Origin: an uncultured Candidatus Saccharibacteria bacterium
GTDB taxonomy: Bacteria > Patescibacteriota > Minisyncoccia > Phycocordibacterales > Zambryskibacteraceae
NCBI GenBank assembly: GCA_964348525.1
Contig: CAYGCY010000004.1
Span: 1,886 to 53,334 of the forward strand
Length of the DNA: 51,449 nucleotides
Direction: 5' to 3'
Positions 12,001-17,571 of the stretch are shown one piece after another. The translations under genes were made by a program, and so were the position numbers. Numbering within the stretch: position 1 is the stretch's first letter; the number at the start of each line of letters is the position of its first letter. The notes beneath the pieces are model-generated. The model ran no database searches, was not told the DNA's origin, and was given only the letters and a program-made list of their open reading frames with translations.

Positions 12001-12527
12001 TTAGTACCGTCTTTGCAGATAACATAATAATTGGTTCTAAAGAAAAACCATCCGGCATCACTCTATACGACATTGCAACAAGAGAGCCGTTCTGTATGAG
12101 AATCCAAAATGGGGGACAGATAACCACTCAAGGGGCATGCTCCGATGTGCTATTTGTAAACACTACTCCAACAGATGGAGGTACAACTTCCGGTGACACA
12201 AGTGGAGCCGTAGTGATAACAGACGTTGCAACAACTACAACTACAGCATCTTCTGATACTGCGACCTCGACCACTACAGCAAGCACAGACAGTGCAACTA
12301 CAACAGCTTCCACCGACACTACTACAACCACTGCTTCAACTGAAACTGGTACTACGGCCGTGACAACAGACACATCGACCCCCACAGCATCAACAGATAC
12401 AACCACAACGACTGCTTCAACCGATACCAGTACAACCACCGCATCAGAAACACCTGCCGAACCAACAGCTTCAGCTGATACCACTCAACCAACAGCATCT
12501 TCCGAACCTACACCTCCAACGGGCTAG
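1..12527 (+). CDS. Giant surface/secreted fibre protein, 5'-truncated by the window edge (>4,170 codons). It contains GNVGIGT modules, STTLQ-F-T/NATTTN/LYVSGLASTT modules, a central propeller-like block, two S74-type chaperone domains and a Thr-rich tail.
   Basis: The ORF track gives 300..12527. I read the same frame (codons starting at nt 3) upstream of 300 and found no stop (LTNLLTNGSTTLQNFTFQNATGTQATTTNLFSTNG...SLTSV), so the GTG at 300 is an ORF-caller artefact. More than 20 copies of GNVGIGT(T/S)xP-like strings. Stop TAG at 12525-12527, followed by a hairpin terminator. Confidence 0.92.
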   Translation, partial: LTNLLTNGSTTLQNFTFQNATGTQATTTNLFSTNGTFTNLFANTLNLANLLVTGSTTLQNLTFQNATGTNATTTNLYVSGRASTTDLRANTGNIGSLTSVFATLTNLLTNGSTTLQNFTFQNATGTNATTTNLYVSGLASTTSLRANTGLFGNVGIGLSNPTTKLHISDITANAPQILVENTSTYGIRLGLNSSNVGFMGSANATPVQIQTNSIARMYFDTAGNVGIGTSSPAGGQLVISSSTGPQLALTDASLTNNVWTFRNLGNNLYISTSSPTSFSTSTNPVVSIDGILGNVKIGTTSESYASSYTSTSTKLQVGGAGKFGFGSYGTSNQTTVTDASLIIPTGGQIYMENAQGFLRTLIKSDGSGNVDIGQSGTAIVPSISLKAGNAGYISMIPGGGEAMRIVSSGLVGIGTTTPIANVDIFKASGDASQGFTSSSTAGVQMAWTIGTDISDSGKFKISSSTLLGLNDRFVIDGSGNVGIGTASPGAKLQVYGDGASSAGTILIDQPTSPTGSTSVGPHIFFKSAGVNRGWIGFFDASAHGNGTEMNLRGYAGLRLSGASTGDHLYVNTSGNVGIGTTTPTTLLNVYGDASFGQAAKSTIFIRGSAGTAISFNRNPTSGAITNTGAYSYQLNHTESTTNTSDYLAWQIYDTAGNSVANNAFVLNGVGNVGIGTTSPLTKLSVAGNAYIGGWLMATGTASIAGNTYLGSELLVMGSTTLQNFTGTSGTTTNFFATNLTATNLTFTNEITTNSTSTNATTTNLYVSGLASTTNLRANTALLGNVGIGTTTSLTEALTVDGNIKLNNNTLSAQSITLDSETSIGLRVTNPNGYVSITPLNTSGAHIYTSLPRFYFNVAPTSITGAFSAYSTTDLSLQTGSGASTRMTIKAATGNVGIGTTTPEGRLDILSTNTPGIGAEPTVKGTLRILDAGGDTASAGGLEFKSAATGNGYGWRLTAPDEVGAPGSLYFQKRANSASWTNAVTFRGDSGNVGIGTTSPYARLSVWGSDTSATTRAFEVANNASTTMFSVFNNGLAAATNFLVNGSSTLQAFTGTNYLALGSTTLQSFTGTNGIITNATTTNATTTYLYVSGLASTTDIHSNTADIGSLVARNFLANGSTTLQTFTATQATINATSTISNLTNSQEYSIALTLGTEEWVKLATIPNHSYATFVGNIGSTNSEETFKIDIGTTHTTSLALIDVDRQTYNARLSEVKVEGADGGTRTIYVRIRTSDFAPTMTWRVLNAKGAITVVNATSTTPTGATFATLPVTVNTSNNTTKTPIFFKGNADAYATFTASSTAGVSLAWSLGTDLSDSGKFKISSSTALGSSDRFVIDGNGNVGIGTTTPLSKLAVSGGVSIGSNYNIAAPTDGLIVEGSVGIGRSSAGASKLQILATGSGFTQEKTIGGYFYSMGFNANNPYLTYYSSTGMTIGYGEATGAAPTVNTMTLLNNGNVGIGSTTPLTKLSVAGNTYLGGNVTATGTATVYGSLMVLSSTTLQVVGATYASTTQIQSTGQAYLATSGGNVGIGTAAPAYKLEVVGTLGHDNIQISKETAINSGTYGVTYKTLMLGEEGSRSISLNYDPSTNTSTNFNGIDQIFIQDSKGILAPNTADNAFIGVLRPMNDRVYFGGSLSSGDLLGDGMTILSSSGNVGVGSTSPLTKLSVAGSAYIGGWLVATGTAQIDGATVLNSTLFVNSSTTLQNFTAQNATTTNATTTKFAITGLSSQIPYASPNGAIVPLTIGTNLTLTNGTLSSAPTFTFPFTTQTDWGTHNATSTIIGFKAGFYSLASSTIGNSTTGGGLTIFGGATTTNNFLVLGSTTLQNLTTTNATTTNLYVSGLASTTDIHSNLANIGALTVGPITSGLINGQTISSTASFTGTVNAVTGYKLNGAATSGNYLRGDGTNFVSSAIQVSDVPTLNQSTTGSAGTLLREDNRTIIPTELTSAYLKFGFTSFANNDSSPYADFLHMRSYTDASGGNDNLVMFNKSSIGMRIYQQTWAASTSAYSSYKDAVLTDVGSANVTLLGSTTLQAITRTTELALGSTTLQSFTGTNGIITNATTTNATTTNLYVSGLASSSALRANTALFGGNVGIGTTTPTALLSVQGATANQLMLSYDATNSTRIFTNSGGALVLDPSDAGETIYFGAAGTYYMKGGSSGSNLYALTLNRSGGNPAVADIWSGGNALVIGGTSAGAGTVTINTSGGAAPTAYFTSSSVGIGTTTPTRQLTVAGVGTGILRIDGSFSGAPARRSMLELSSDDAGRAQGVITISAGTEGWFYGKPYSADAFTIGYGSSQAEYPAQSKFYITSAGNVGIGSSSPLTKLSVAGSAYIGGWLVATGTAQIDGATVLKSTLLVNSSTTLQSFTGTNGIITNATTTNATTTNFYVSGLASTTNLRANVANIGNLTVTTCSGCSGGTIAWPFTKLSTGEQATSTTLAFLNGFISTASSTINSNLAITGSLGVGTSTPSGFKVDVAGNVILSGDTRSLQIGQSGGQTLYFQNSSNGISFNNNQFQFLTTQTSGFNFSGGNVGIGTTTPSRALTISSSAAPQLALTDASLTSNAWTMRSLGNFFYLATSSPTSYATSTVPSLTITPNNMVGIGTSTPAAATLSVQGSIYSSGNVMTSGQLLGSLPFNFLTTPTASPSINMSTYSTLLNWATGSGVSDLFRLQTDASANGTGSLLLVQTGAGATVKPLNVYAGSAQALTIDTSGNTGLGTTSPGARLDVNQISGQPGAFFGDIAGTGTGGTMRFISAQGPNSTADYYIQLNNNARSATGGVFRFTGRFGANETLSVDVANQRVGIGSSTPGTTLAVVGTTTGYGFVPSANLAYGLGSTGQRFKDVWVGTANIGTSTWSISNGSDGRLTFNNAANSAGTETVSLATNGNVGIGVTNPQFTLEISGSTKISGNLSSTSISMSSMSPYWATYSAGGGAAGKTLKLNASTTVIFTGGAININKIGSYGTVQVSSYAINAGIDVNFWSASPPYGDMILLDSSRLVFTYAYSSWGTKAVVCTISGDAVQSCGSPVTVKSGTSQPWHSKLINVGDGTNFIVAYTDTTSGSGVFARVGVTSGTTISSFGTEASFSDGGWNTTYPTISMFVATTTRFVLGWYNATLTSGRYVVGNTSGTTITFGQRENGVMTHSSPSAGDALMPLSDSNMLVFAPITGGTVLHQISVTGTSTIATSTLAALSNSATTPYVDLLDYQTVVVGYGTNFRILNISSSTVTNIGSPQSTPSVSHQYIVGISTTSFISNLRILKTRDMSLTHGIDSFDTSQALAITTSNPTTMRTIKLSDSKFVHVIDVGSQIQMKAGTYTSTGIERVGALQTISTTTNYLSAAALSDSAFIITNSSNTGGASSGGHVDAWICSVDTANTITCGTARRIFDSYVAGAIYNSVDSFGSSNFIIGYATSTNAAATVVAGAWSGTSITSLGTPQTSGSGLSITGVALARIYGTTTQFAFAYVDNTAISPAKNKVVIGTISGTTITLGSTANLTSATSSNIRIVSNSPDTFIAYSTLTSGNALIHGAISNEYSVATTSVPFETLATPTMSVLDTSHIMLSSGADFIIFETAPSGITRMQNRQTVRTGAVTYFSSMENIAAFSTTSAIVSYYTDNLGGSTNTYSVAILFDTAALNYQSKALVIKETGTSLFGDPRVGINNTSPLYALHVNAPTGETTVAGFSNGSYTCTVNPADTALTCTSDIRLKNNISTLASSTDIIRKLRGVNFSWKNDETNANHIGFIAQEVQTIAPELVSEGPNGILGVNYLNFAPYLVNAWNALDVRVSSLEGIATSTLPATSTPMLSVTSTGLGIGTLTPAFALHAKFGGEGTAVFENENGICEINPNTGSFGCAPNRGAVVATSTIGTSLASSTEIIKKLRGVNLSLMSASSSVSQFGFLAEDVEMIAPELVSNVGGIKLVKTTEMIPLLVNSVADLAVKIDTIDERLAKLEALVATTTTATSTTATSTGITLGGLDLQFVVDAVVGAFQNMTTQISFNIAKFSTVFADNIIIGSKEKPSGITLYDIATREPFCMRIQNGGQITTQGACSDVLFVNTTPTDGGTTSGDTSGAVVITDVATTTTTASSDTATSTTTASTDSATTTASTDTTTTTASTETGTTAVTTDTSTPTASTDTTTTTASTDTSTTTASETPAEPTASADTTQPTASSEPTPPTG
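8750..10900 (+). other. Central block of the giant protein with no GNVGIGT modules. It has roughly 55-65 aa repeats carrying an SG(T/S)(T/S)I(T/S)..G motif (propeller-like; inferred).
   Basis: Recurring strings in the translation: VCTISGDAVQSCGSP, GVTSGTTISSFGTE, GNTSGTTITFGQRE, VDTANTITCGTARR, AWSGTSITSLGTPQ, GTISGTTITLGSTA. Confidence 0.45.
11100..11366 (+). other. Peptidase S74 / tail-fibre intramolecular chaperone auto-processing domain, copy 1, with the S-D-x-R-x-K start
   Basis: Translation SDIRLKNNISTLASSTDIIRKLRGVNFSWKNDETNANHIGFIAQEVQTIAPELVSEGPNGILGVNYLNFAPYLVNAWNALDVRVSSLE fits the family pattern SDxRxK...L.gv.f.w......hiGfIAQEv....PElV.......v.Y..l.p.l..a...L. Confidence 0.8.
11607..11856 (+). 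other. Second, N-terminally truncated S74-like chaperone domain (no SDxRxK motif)
   Basis: SSTEIIKKLRGVNLSLMSASSSVSQFGFLAEDVEMIAPELVSNVGGIKLVKTTEMIPLLVNSVADLAVKIDTIDERLAKLE parallels copy 1 from the IIRKLRGVN position onward. Confidence 0.65.
12160..12524 (+). other. Thr/Ser/Ala-rich low-complexity C-terminal tail of the giant protein
   Basis: Translation TTTTASSDTATSTTTASTDSATTTASTDTTTTTASTETGTTAVTTDTSTPTASTDTTTTTASTDTSTTTASE... Confidence 0.8.
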
Positions 12528-12538
12528 AGCAACCCACG

Positions 12539-12559
12539 CCAAGGTTCCACCTTGGTAAA
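12539..12559. repeat. 21-nt hairpin motif CCAAGGTTCCACCTTGGTAAA, copy 1 (an identical copy lies at 50993-51013)
   Basis: Exact 21-mer seen at both sites. The stem is CCAAGG/CCTTGG with loop TTCCA. Confidence 0.8.
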
Positions 12560-12561
12560 TC

Positions 12562-12591
12562 AAAACTCCGCCCTTTAGGGGGCGGAGTTTT
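12562..12591. terminator. Bidirectional intrinsic terminator between the giant gene (+) and rnpB (-)
   Basis: AAAACTCCGCCC-TTTAGG-GGGCGGAGTTTT: a 12-bp stem flanked by an A-run and a T-run. Confidence 0.8.
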
Positions 12592-12597
12592 GATTTT

Positions 12598-12935
12598 GTG
12601 TTCGAGCTCGTAAGCCGAGTTCTGTTTCTAAGCAACATTTATCTTGGCGATGCATTACTGCAAAGCTCTAGCGACTCAAATTCCGCCGAAGCGAAAAGTA
12701 CGGTCTTGCACTCAAGTAAGGATTTAGCCGTTTCACTTTCAATATTACTATTGAACTCACCCCGTGCTTACGCTCGGGGCGATTTTTTTCTTTCAAAAAA
12801 AATCGTCTCTGTTCGCACCTCGCATATCACTATGGACGGGCGTTACCCGCTACTCTTGTTCCGCGAAAGCGGAACCAAGTGCTCGGACTTTCCTCCCTCT
12901 AAAAAATAGAGAGTGGTTGCTCGACTCGAACACCC
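12598..12935 (-). ncRNA. rnpB: RNase P RNA, bacterial type A
   Basis: The minus-strand read contains GGAGGAAAGTCCGAGCAC (CR-I), AGCGGGTAACGCCCGTC, GAAAGTGAAACGGC and ACAGAACTCGGCTTACG (CR-V). The termini pair as P1: GTGTTCGAG at 12598-12606 is complementary to CTCGAACAC at 12925-12933. Confidence 0.85.
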
Positions 12936-13097
12936 ACAATTATACAATCTTTGTATAAAAAATCAAATTTCTTTCAAAAATATTGACCAAGCTCGATTTC
13001 CATTTTACGTTGCAAAATAAGGGTTTTATTAACATATTTACACCGCTATTTTAGGATATAATGAGTGTATTAATAATTAGAAAAATTAACAAAGAAC

Positions 13098-15458
13098 ATG
13101 GATAGTTTTAATGGTTTGATTGAAAGCAATAAGGGCTCAAATTCGTCTAGATTTGCTGTGTGGGTGTTGAGTATTGTAGCGATTCTTTTACCAATATTTT
13201 TTATTCCTTCATCTGTAGTTTCTCTGCCAGTAGCAAAAATGCTCTTGCTTTCGGTAGGGGTGTTAGTAGCTCTTGCTGCAGTTATATTAACAACGATTCA
13301 GCATGGGGAAGTTAGAATCCCTTGGAACTTAATGACGGCAAGTGTTTTGGCCATTCCTTTAGCGTTTTTGGTGGCATCTGTTTTTTCTTCTAATCCGTCG
13401 CACTCACTCTGGGGATACGGTTTTGAAAACGGTACTTTTGGTTTCATTGTTCTCAGTGCTTTGGCAACTCTCTTGGTTGCTTCGCTCATGAGAAATGGCC
13501 AAAAATACGGAACAATCTTATGGGGGTTACTATCCGTCTCTATAATATTAGGTTTGTTCCATGTCATTAGATTCTTTGTTGGTGCATCTAAACTCTCTTT
13601 TGGTTTGTTTACTGATGTTTTGGCTAATACCGTTGGAGGTTGGAATGAACTAGCCATATGGTTTGGTCTCACAGCAGTGCTCTCTGTAATAATGCTTGAG
13701 ACAATGAGGCCAATTGGCACAGCGAAGATAGTTTCTTATGCCTCGCTCGTCCTCTCGGTGATAGTAATGGCTGTTATTAATTTCAAAACAGCTTGGATTT
13801 TGGCTGGTGTATTTGCGGTGGTGTTCTTGGTCTATGAGCTCTCAAGAGTAAGCGCCAATCAGGATGGTTCTTCAAAAAGAAAAGTTTCTTGGTTTGCACT
13901 CGGGCTTTTGATAGTGTCTCTGTTTTGTGTTTTGGCAGGTTCTACAATCGCAACTGGTATTACTCAAAAATTAGGTGTGGGCTCAGTAGAGGTAAGACCT
14001 TCGTGGGGGGCGACATTTATGGTTTTGAAATCAGCACTTTCTGACAATGTTCTTATAGGGGCTGGGCCAAACAATTTTACTGATGTGTGGCTCAAGCATA
14101 AGCCTGATGGAATAAATGAAACGATATTCTGGAATACTGATTTCACTACCGGTATAGGATTGGTCCCAACCTTTGCTATCACTACAGGAATTCTTGGAAT
14201 TCTTGCTTGGGTGCTCTTCTTTGCGATGATTATTCGATACAGTGTGAAGTTGATGTTTAGAGAAGGAGTGGATGCTCAGGAAAAATTAATGAGTGTGTCC
14301 TCAGTCTTCGGGACGCTCTTCTTGTGGTCGGTGGCCGTTTTCTACACGCCGTCATCCGCCCTTCTAGCTCTGGCTTTCTTCTTTACTGGGCTTTTTGTGG
14401 CCTCCCTTTATAGAGCGGGCTATCTAAAAGTAAAAGGCTTCTCCCTCTTTTCGGTGCCGAGAGCCAGTTTTGTGTCGGTTCTCCTGCTGATTGTAGTTCT
14501 TATCGGAGTGGTTTCTTTTGGGTTCTTGTTTATTGAAAGGGCTGTAGCACAGATATATTTTGGCAAAGCAGTACTAGTAGCCAATGAACGCGGGAATATG
14601 GATATGGCAGAAAGCTACTTAAACAAAGCAGTTTCTGTGCACCCATTTGATTCGTTCTACAGATCACTTTCAACAGTGTCGATAACCAAGCTTTCTAATT
14701 TGCTGAATGATCAAAATGCTACAGCAGAATCTGTACAAGCAGGGTTCGGAGCACTGCTATCTAGTGCTATCCAAAATGCCCAAACAGCTACACAGGTTAA
14801 TCCGTCAAATTATCAAAACTGGACATCGCTTGCGCAAGTCTATGCTTCTGTAGTTCCTCAGCCTTTCAAAATAGCGGACGCCTACGAATCAGCAAAAACT
14901 GCGTTTGAAAAAGCGAGAGAACTTAATCCATCAAGTCCTGCAATAGTTTTGTCTATGGCACGCCTTGAGTCGGATCATGAAAACTTGTCAAAAGCCGTTG
15001 AGGTAGCAGAAGAAGCTGTAAAACTAAAAACTAATTATGCAGACGGGCACTTCTTCTTGTCTCAAATAGCGGTACAACAAGGCAACTTGTATACAGCTAT
15101 AGAAAAGACTCAGACTACGATTTTGTTGTCTCCACAAAATGCTGGTTTGTATTTCCAGCTCGGCATTCTTTACTTTAATTTGCCTGACTACACAAAAGCT
15201 TCTCAAGCTCTTGCTCAGGCGGTGCAGATTATTCCTGACTATGCGAACGCAAGATACTTCCTAGGTTTGTCGTTAGCGAGGACGGGAGACAAGGCAGGAG
15301 CAACTGCACAGTTTGAAGCAATTCAAAAAACCAATCCTGACAATGCAGAGATAAAGAGCGTTTTGGCGAATCTAAAGGCAGGTAAAGACCCTCTCTCAGG
15401 GCTTGGTAAAGATGTCCAGCCTTCAAACAGACAGACACTGCCAGTCTCGGGTCAATAA
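13098..15458 (+). CDS. Polytopic membrane protein with C-terminal TPR repeats (O-antigen-ligase/Wzy-like plus TPR architecture; the product name is tentative)
   Basis: 786-aa ORF. About 10 or more hydrophobic helices in the first ~500 aa. The C-terminus has TPR-like A/Y/L periodicity (NYQNWTSLAQVYAS, GLYFQLGILYFNLPDYTKASQALAQAV, ARYFLGLSLARTGDKAGA). Confidence 0.8.
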   Translation: MDSFNGLIESNKGSNSSRFAVWVLSIVAILLPIFFIPSSVVSLPVAKMLLLSVGVLVALAAVILTTIQHGEVRIPWNLMTASVLAIPLAFLVASVFSSNPSHSLWGYGFENGTFGFIVLSALATLLVASLMRNGQKYGTILWGLLSVSIILGLFHVIRFFVGASKLSFGLFTDVLANTVGGWNELAIWFGLTAVLSVIMLETMRPIGTAKIVSYASLVLSVIVMAVINFKTAWILAGVFAVVFLVYELSRVSANQDGSSKRKVSWFALGLLIVSLFCVLAGSTIATGITQKLGVGSVEVRPSWGATFMVLKSALSDNVLIGAGPNNFTDVWLKHKPDGINETIFWNTDFTTGIGLVPTFAITTGILGILAWVLFFAMIIRYSVKLMFREGVDAQEKLMSVSSVFGTLFLWSVAVFYTPSSALLALAFFFTGLFVASLYRAGYLKVKGFSLFSVPRASFVSVLLLIVVLIGVVSFGFLFIERAVAQIYFGKAVLVANERGNMDMAESYLNKAVSVHPFDSFYRSLSTVSITKLSNLLNDQNATAESVQAGFGALLSSAIQNAQTATQVNPSNYQNWTSLAQVYASVVPQPFKIADAYESAKTAFEKARELNPSSPAIVLSMARLESDHENLSKAVEVAEEAVKLKTNYADGHFFLSQIAVQQGNLYTAIEKTQTTILLSPQNAGLYFQLGILYFNLPDYTKASQALAQAVQIIPDYANARYFLGLSLARTGDKAGATAQFEAIQKTNPDNAEIKSVLANLKAGKDPLSGLGKDVQPSNRQTLPVSGQ

Positions 15459-15473
15459 AGACCGCTCGGGCTT

Positions 15474-15663
15474 GTTATTTTAGAATCAACTGCCACTCGG
15501 CTGAAAATTCGTAAATAACTAAGCTGAATAACGAAAAACATTAAAACTTCCGAAACAAAAACATAGCGATATATCGCTATGTTTTTGTTTGTGTTCAAAC
15601 ACTTAATGTTTTTCTATTACGCTAGAGTTATTTACGAATAGCCTCGTGAGCTTCTAAAATAAC
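15474..15663 (+). repeat. ~190-nt long-hairpin structured intergenic element, copy 1 (family shared with 45699-45875)
   Basis: Outer arms GTTATTTTAGAA / TTCTAAAATAAC. Inner arms TTCGTAAATAAC / GTTATTTACGAA and GAAAAACATTAA / TTAATGTTTTTC. The apex is the perfect palindrome AAACAAAAACATAGCGATAT|ATCGCTATGTTTTTGTTT. Confidence 0.75.
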
Positions 15664-15713
15664 AAAACCCTCGCTTTAAGTAAAAAGTGTTCGTATGGTA
15701 GGATGACAGAACG

Positions 15714-17402
15714 ATGGAGCGTATAGTTGCGACCCTAAAAAAGCCTGTATCGAATGTTGGCGAAGCGGCGTTTTTGCTAGGGCTTTTTGCTTTTTTGTCC
15801 CAATTTTTGGGGCTAGCAAGAGACAGGCTTTTAGCACACACTTTTGGGGCGGGTACCGAGCTCGACATCTATTACTCTGCATTCAGAGTGCCAGATTTTA
15901 TATTTGTAACCATCGGCTCACTGGTTGCGGTTTCTGTTCTGATTCCTTTTATTGCGTCTGCAAAAAGAGAGAGTAGGGAAGCCTTTGAGTTATTTATCTC
16001 AGATGTCTTTACCTGTTTTTCGATTGCTATCGTGTTCTTCTGCGCACTCGCTTTTGTTTTGATGTCTCTTATTGTCCCCAAACTTTTCCCCGGTTTTTCT
16101 CCGGACGAGTTAGGCCAAATAATTCTTCTATCGCGAATAATACTTCTGTCTCCACTTTTCTTGGGGCTCTCTAATTTGATAGGAAGTATATCTCAGTCAT
16201 ATGGCAAATTTGTGGCTTACGCGATGGCCCCCGCTATCTATAATTTGGGAATTATTTTTGGCGTAATATTTTTAACAAAAAGTTTAGGCATAGCAGGCGT
16301 TGCAGTAGGTGTGTCTTTTGGAGCACTTCTGCACCTTTTGGTACAAATGACCACTTTGACAGACATTATTCCTTTTGAGACCCTGTGTAATTTTCGCAAA
16401 AAAATATCCGAGTCATTTTTTAGAATAAAGAAAGTTTTTTTAGTATCAATACCGCGCACTCTTTCGCTCGCCTCGAGCAACTTGGCTGTTTTTGGGCTTT
16501 TGTCCATCGGCTCGGTTTTGGGTGCGGGGGCAATATCGTCTTTTACTCTCGCTAATAACTTGCAGTCTGTAATAGTGTCTATCATAGGTATCTCCTTTGC
16601 TCTGGCGGTGTTCCCAGTATTGTCTCAACTATTCAATAGTGGTGATAACGACAGAATGAAACTTGAGTTTGTAAATACATTTAGGAAAATTATTTTTTTC
16701 ACCATACCGGCGGCGTGCTTCATTATAGTTTTCAGGGCCCACATTGTGAGGCTTGTCTTGGGTTCGGGGGCATTCAGTTGGGAAGATACCAGACTGGTGG
16801 CGGCGTCTCTCGCAATATTTGCGCTATCGCTCACATTTCAATCTCTGTACCATCTTTTTATGAGAGCTTTGTACGCAATGGGGGACAATAGGAAGTCTTT
16901 CATTTCGTCTATTTCAGGTGCCGTGGTTATGGTTTTGGGTGCGGTGTTGTGGCAGAAATATTCTCTTATCAACCCACTACCGAGCGAAATACTCGGCGCT
17001 TTTCTAAAAGTGGAAGATGTAGCAGGTAAAGCAATGCTTGCACTACCAATAGGCTTTGTTTTGGGGACGATAGTTGAATGCACTGCACTTTGGGTTATGG
17101 TCAACAAAAAAATACATTTTACTAAAGATATAATCAAAGTAACCTTTCATTCTGTAGGAGCTTCTGTTATTGGTGCTTCCTCCTCATATGTAATACTTCA
17201 ATATACAGATTCATTTTTTACTCTAAATAAATTTGTAGGGCTTTTAATGCACGCTACTGTGGCGGGCATTTCGGGGCTTCTAATTTTTATAGCGACTCTT
17301 GTCTTGCTTGAGAATGAAGAGATTTATGTATTCTTAAAGAGCTTTACCAGAAAGTTCTCTGGAGTAAAACCGTTGGCAGTGGAGACTGACGTATTGAGTT
17401 AA
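15714..17402 (+). CDS. murJ: Lipid II flippase MurJ/MviN
   Basis: 562 aa and polytopic. The N-terminus LLGLARDRLLAHTFGAGTELDIYYSAFRVPDFIF matches the MurJ signature region. Confidence 0.85.
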   Translation: MERIVATLKKPVSNVGEAAFLLGLFAFLSQFLGLARDRLLAHTFGAGTELDIYYSAFRVPDFIFVTIGSLVAVSVLIPFIASAKRESREAFELFISDVFTCFSIAIVFFCALAFVLMSLIVPKLFPGFSPDELGQIILLSRIILLSPLFLGLSNLIGSISQSYGKFVAYAMAPAIYNLGIIFGVIFLTKSLGIAGVAVGVSFGALLHLLVQMTTLTDIIPFETLCNFRKKISESFFRIKKVFLVSIPRTLSLASSNLAVFGLLSIGSVLGAGAISSFTLANNLQSVIVSIIGISFALAVFPVLSQLFNSGDNDRMKLEFVNTFRKIIFFTIPAACFIIVFRAHIVRLVLGSGAFSWEDTRLVAASLAIFALSLTFQSLYHLFMRALYAMGDNRKSFISSISGAVVMVLGAVLWQKYSLINPLPSEILGAFLKVEDVAGKAMLALPIGFVLGTIVECTALWVMVNKKIHFTKDIIKVTFHSVGASVIGASSSYVILQYTDSFFTLNKFVGLLMHATVAGISGLLIFIATLVLLENEEIYVFLKSFTRKFSGVKPLAVETDVLS

Positions 17403-17537
17403 TAGAGCTTGGGTGCTTATCCTTTGGAGAGATACGCGCTTCGCGGACAAGCGTCCAAGTCCATTTTATTTTGAAGCGCACGATTTGGCTTTATTGAGCT
17501 CTGTTTTGGCGTTAGATGTGACAAAATAAGAAAGTGC

Positions 17538-17565
17538 TTGACAAAAGATATAAAAGGTGTATTAT
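17538..17565 (+). promoter_or_regulatory. Near-consensus sigma70-type promoter: TTGACA, 16-nt spacer, TATTAT preceded by TGT
   Basis: GCTTGACAAAAGATATAAAAGGTGTATTAT is nearly the same module as the promoter at 41413-41440 (minus strand). Confidence 0.6.
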
Positions 17566-17571
17566 GAATAT

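Noticed and set aside
300-12527. Numerous 60-175 aa antisense or off-frame ORFs inside the giant gene (e.g. 7721..8248, 11678..12127, 12128..12484)
   Set aside because: They are shadow ORFs of a repetitive Thr/Gly/Asn-rich coding sequence. The single long frame is continuous for more than 12.5 kb and carries recognisable domains.
12598-12958. ORF-track ORFs 12598..12909 (103 aa) and 12764..12958 (64 aa)
   Set aside because: They lie antisense to, or within, a region that reads as RNase P RNA on the minus strand (CR-I, CR-V, P1 pairing). They have no SD and no coding-like composition.
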